This document shows positions 58,375-64,000 of a DNA stretch of 64,000 nucleotides, piece by piece (position 1 is the first letter of the stretch; every line of letters starts with the position of its first letter). Source of the stretch: an uncultured bacterium (GTDB lineage: Bacteria > Zixibacteria > MSB-5A5 > CAIYYT01); assembly GCA_963726455.1 (NCBI GenBank), contig CAVSCK010000004.1, positions 288,001 to 352,000 of the forward strand, read 5' to 3'. The translations under genes and the position numbers were made by a program. Under the pieces are notes generated by a model. The model was not told where the DNA came from. It worked only from the letters and a program-made list of their open reading frames with translations, and did not search any database.

Positions 58375-58409
58375 TGCCCGCGAGGTTTCGACATCCTACC
58401 TCGCGGGCA
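58375..58409 (+). terminator. Stem-loop (probable terminator)
   Basis: TGCCCGCGAGGT-N11-ACCTCGCGGGCA. Confidence 0.55.
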
Positions 58410-58551
58410 TGCTGCTTGACGGCGGATGACAACGAAATCGATTATACTCTTGACTGAGCGGTATGTTTGACGGACATTCGGGAACGATTCAGAAATGCTG
58501 ATCTAAGATAACGAGAAAGGATTTGGGTCTTTTCGAGAGGCGGAACGGGAT

Positions 58552-58959
58552 ATGGATATTAGAAAGTTGCTAACTCGATTCGTGCTTGTTGTTCTCTGTC
58601 TCACGCTGGCGACACCAGCATTTGCTATCGAGAAGCGGAAAAAAGATCCGCAGTCAACGAAGCCGGATACTGCATCTGTCGTCAGGCCCGCGCCCGCTCC
58701 AACACAACCTAAGCCAGACGTTAAGCCCGCCGACAAACCGAAGAATCCTCCGGTGTTCAACGACTTTATCGATGTCAACCGGAACGGTATTGACGACCGC
58801 CTTGAGCAGGGAGGATTCGTAGCGCCCCCAAAGCGGCCGCCACAAGCGCAGCCGCCGTCGCAGCCAGCCGTCAAGAAACACGACTCGACCAAGGCCGATC
58901 CTGCACCAAAGAAGGCGCCCACGGCGCCTAAAGTGGTCGAGAAGAAGAAGGACAAGTAG
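58552..58959 (+). CDS. Small secreted Pro/Lys-rich protein with one Ca-binding-like loop
   Basis: Signal peptide ending AFA; FIDVNRNGIDD. Confidence 0.65.
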   Translation: MDIRKLLTRFVLVVLCLTLATPAFAIEKRKKDPQSTKPDTASVVRPAPAPTQPKPDVKPADKPKNPPVFNDFIDVNRNGIDDRLEQGGFVAPPKRPPQAQPPSQPAVKKHDSTKADPAPKKAPTAPKVVEKKKDK

Positions 58960-59044
58960 CCCTGGCGTTTCGCCCTTGCAGGCGCGCTAATTCCGCAAAC
59001 TTTGCGAACACTAGACGTATAATTAGAAGTGGCCAGCTTTGTAG

Positions 59045-59073
59045 TTGACGAAGCTGTTTTTTTTGGCTACTAT
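59045..59073 (+). promoter_or_regulatory. sigma70 promoter of the hrcA operon
   Basis: TTGACG-N17-TACTAT, immediately upstream of CIRCE. Confidence 0.7.
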
Positions 59074-59074
59074 A

Positions 59075-59101
59075 TTGGCACTCTGCCGCTTAGAGTGCTA
59101 A
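59075..59101 (+). promoter_or_regulatory. CIRCE operator (HrcA binding site)
   Basis: TTGGCACTC-N9-GAGTGCTAA, one mismatch from TTAGCACTC-N9-GAGTGCTAA. Confidence 0.95.
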
Positions 59102-59166
59102 TGGGCTGAATGAATCACGATGGTTGAAGGAAGCAAGCGGAGGCGAGGCAGTCTCAGCAAGACGTT

Positions 59167-60210
59167 ATGAACCGAATGAATCAGTACGAGTTGTCGGAAC
59201 GTGAACGAACGATACTGGCGGTATTGATCGACCACTATATTCGCACGGCCGAGCCGGTCGGCTCACGGGTGATCGCGATGAGATACGCGTTGGGTGTTTC
59301 GCCGGCAACCGTGCGCAACACATTGTCTGATCTCGAGGAGAAAGGCCTGATTGAGCAGCCGCATACGTCTGCCGGTCGTGTACCGACTGAGACCGGGTAT
59401 CGCTTCTATGTTGACCAGCTACTCAAGTCTGAGCATCTGTCGCAACTTGAGAAGAAGAATATCAAGCGGGCGCTGACGATTGATTATGGCGCCGTCGAGG
59501 ACATTCTCGAACAGACATCGCGTGTGCTGGCACGGGTGACGTCGCAGTTGGGCGTGACGATTTCCCCGAAATTCGACCAGGCGGTACTTAACAAGATCGA
59601 TCTGGTGCAGGTGACGGATACGCGGGTAATGGTTATTATCGCGGTCAGGTCGGGAATTGTGCGCACCATCTTGGTTGAGGTAGAAAGCCAGATCGTACCG
59701 GAACATCTCCGGCAGACGGCGGACATTCTCAATGAGAAATTGTCCGGTTTGAATTTAGGTGAAATTCGACGCACGATCGGCGAGAGATTGAGAGGTCAGG
59801 ACGGCCATGGCGACCCGCAATTGCTCAAATTGTTCATGGAACAGCACGAGCACCTGCTGAGCGAGTCGACCTCCGAGGGACTACACACTGACGGAACGGT
59901 GAATGTTCTGTCACAAAAAGAATTTCAGAATCCGGAAAGACTGCGCGATTTCCTTACGTTACTGGAGGAGCGCCGCAGTTTGATAGAATTACTTAAGGTA
60001 AAGACATTCGCGGAAGATATCACCGTGACGATCGGCGCCGAGACGCACATCGAAGGACTAAAAGGACTGTCGACCGTCACGCGCAGCTATCAGGCGGGGC
60101 AGATTCGCGGCACGGTCGGTGTGATCGGGCCGACGCGAATGGAATATGCCAAGTTGATGTCAGTCGTCGACTATACCGCCAAGGTGTTGTCGGAGATATT
60201 GTCAAAATGA
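59167..60210 (+). CDS. hrcA: Heat-inducible transcription repressor HrcA
   Basis: YI.TAEPVGS, SPATVRN...LE..G...QPHTSAGRVPT..GYRFYVD, GVIGPTRM.Y. Confidence 0.97.
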   Translation: MNRMNQYELSERERTILAVLIDHYIRTAEPVGSRVIAMRYALGVSPATVRNTLSDLEEKGLIEQPHTSAGRVPTETGYRFYVDQLLKSEHLSQLEKKNIKRALTIDYGAVEDILEQTSRVLARVTSQLGVTISPKFDQAVLNKIDLVQVTDTRVMVIIAVRSGIVRTILVEVESQIVPEHLRQTADILNEKLSGLNLGEIRRTIGERLRGQDGHGDPQLLKLFMEQHEHLLSESTSEGLHTDGTVNVLSQKEFQNPERLRDFLTLLEERRSLIELLKVKTFAEDITVTIGAETHIEGLKGLSTVTRSYQAGQIRGTVGVIGPTRMEYAKLMSVVDYTAKVLSEILSK

Positions 60211-60219
60211 GAAAGGATT

Positions 60220-60792
60220 ATGGGACAGATCGAACAGGAATCTAATCAGGCAGAATCTCAGAATCCCGAGCCGGAAGATGGCGAGTCAACGGTGGAGCCA
60301 ACCTCCGGTGAACAAGTATTGAGTGCAGAGCAGCAGATTGCGATACTCAGTAACCAGATCGAGAAAGCCAAGGACGAGTACTTGCGTCTGGCAGCCGAGT
60401 TCGACAACTATAAGAAACGCACATCACGCGACTTCTCGAATCTCGTGAAGACTGCCAACGAAGGGCTGATAGTGGAATTGCTGGACGTGCTCGACAACTT
60501 TGAACGGGCGTTCAGCAGCCGAAACGAGAATCTCGACGTTGACACGTACCACAAGGGAATAGAAATGCTGCATGGTAAATTGCTGGATACCTTGTCGAAG
60601 GAGGGTTTGCAGCGTTTCGAGTCGGTCGGCCACAAGTTTGACCCCCGCTTCCATGAAGCCGTTATGCAGGTTGATAACTCGGAGGCCGAGCCGGACACGA
60701 TCGCAATCGAAATCCAGCCGGGCTATACGCTCAACGATAAGGTTATCAGGCACGCTCGCGTGGGAGTGGTTAGATCGAGGGACGATGGTTAG
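60220..60792 (+). CDS. grpE: Nucleotide exchange factor GrpE
   Basis: LRLAAEFDNYKKR, LL.VLDNFERA, FDP..HEA, GY.L..KVIR.A.V.V. Confidence 0.97.
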   Translation: MGQIEQESNQAESQNPEPEDGESTVEPTSGEQVLSAEQQIAILSNQIEKAKDEYLRLAAEFDNYKKRTSRDFSNLVKTANEGLIVELLDVLDNFERAFSSRNENLDVDTYHKGIEMLHGKLLDTLSKEGLQRFESVGHKFDPRFHEAVMQVDNSEAEPDTIAIEIQPGYTLNDKVIRHARVGVVRSRDDG

Positions 60793-60850
60793 CGTTTGTC
60801 AGGGGGATTTTACAGACTAGAATATGTTCGTATCACAGATACAGATGTGA

Positions 60851-62810
<1,960 letters not shown>

Positions 62811-62858
62811 TTCCGTTGCAGCACGACGTAAGGCGTGCGCATTAGATTAGTTGAATAG

Positions 62859-64000
<1,142 letters not shown>

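Overview
Bacterial chromosomal window of roughly 55% GC with no phage, IS, integrase or CRISPR array. The organism is diderm (FlgH/FlgI L- and P-rings). Dockerin-bearing and 'LNQNYPNPFNP'-tail secreted proteins suggest an FCB-group lineage such as candidate division Zixibacteria (inference). From left to right the window holds: (1) a minus-strand octaheme cytochrome c / 4x[4Fe-4S] / NrfD redox operon; (2) a cohesin-like, Ig/BACON secreted protein and a MerB-fold lipoprotein; (3) a ~29 kb flagellar region: sigma54-type promoter, flgFGAHIJ, sigma28-type promoter, flgN-flgK-csrA-orf-flgL-fliW, an 11 kb glycosylation island (TPR-GT4, TPR-GT2, FemAB-like GNAT, SDR epimerase, radical SAM/twitch, GT4+GT2, DegT), a flagellin broken by four apparent +1 insertions, then flaG-fliD-fliS-chaperone-flgM-HDOD-DegT-sugar transferase; (4) housekeeping genes tRNA-Val, thrS, infC (ATA start), rpmI, rplT, pheS, pheT, zapB-like, zapA, rny, ymdB, folD; (5) two dockerin proteins, a GT22-like membrane glycosyltransferase, tRNA-Arg, proS and three secreted proteins; (6) CIRCE-hrcA-grpE-dnaK (one +1 insertion)-dnaJ (partial). 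The best candidates for undescribed biology are a non-cellulosomal cohesin/dockerin network, an exported MerB/NosL-like lipoprotein with a Cys-x-x-Glu site, a flagellin-glycan pathway with a BtrN-like radical SAM enzyme, and a small Cys4 protein behind a sigma28-type promoter. All family calls come from motifs recognised by eye; no database searches were run.
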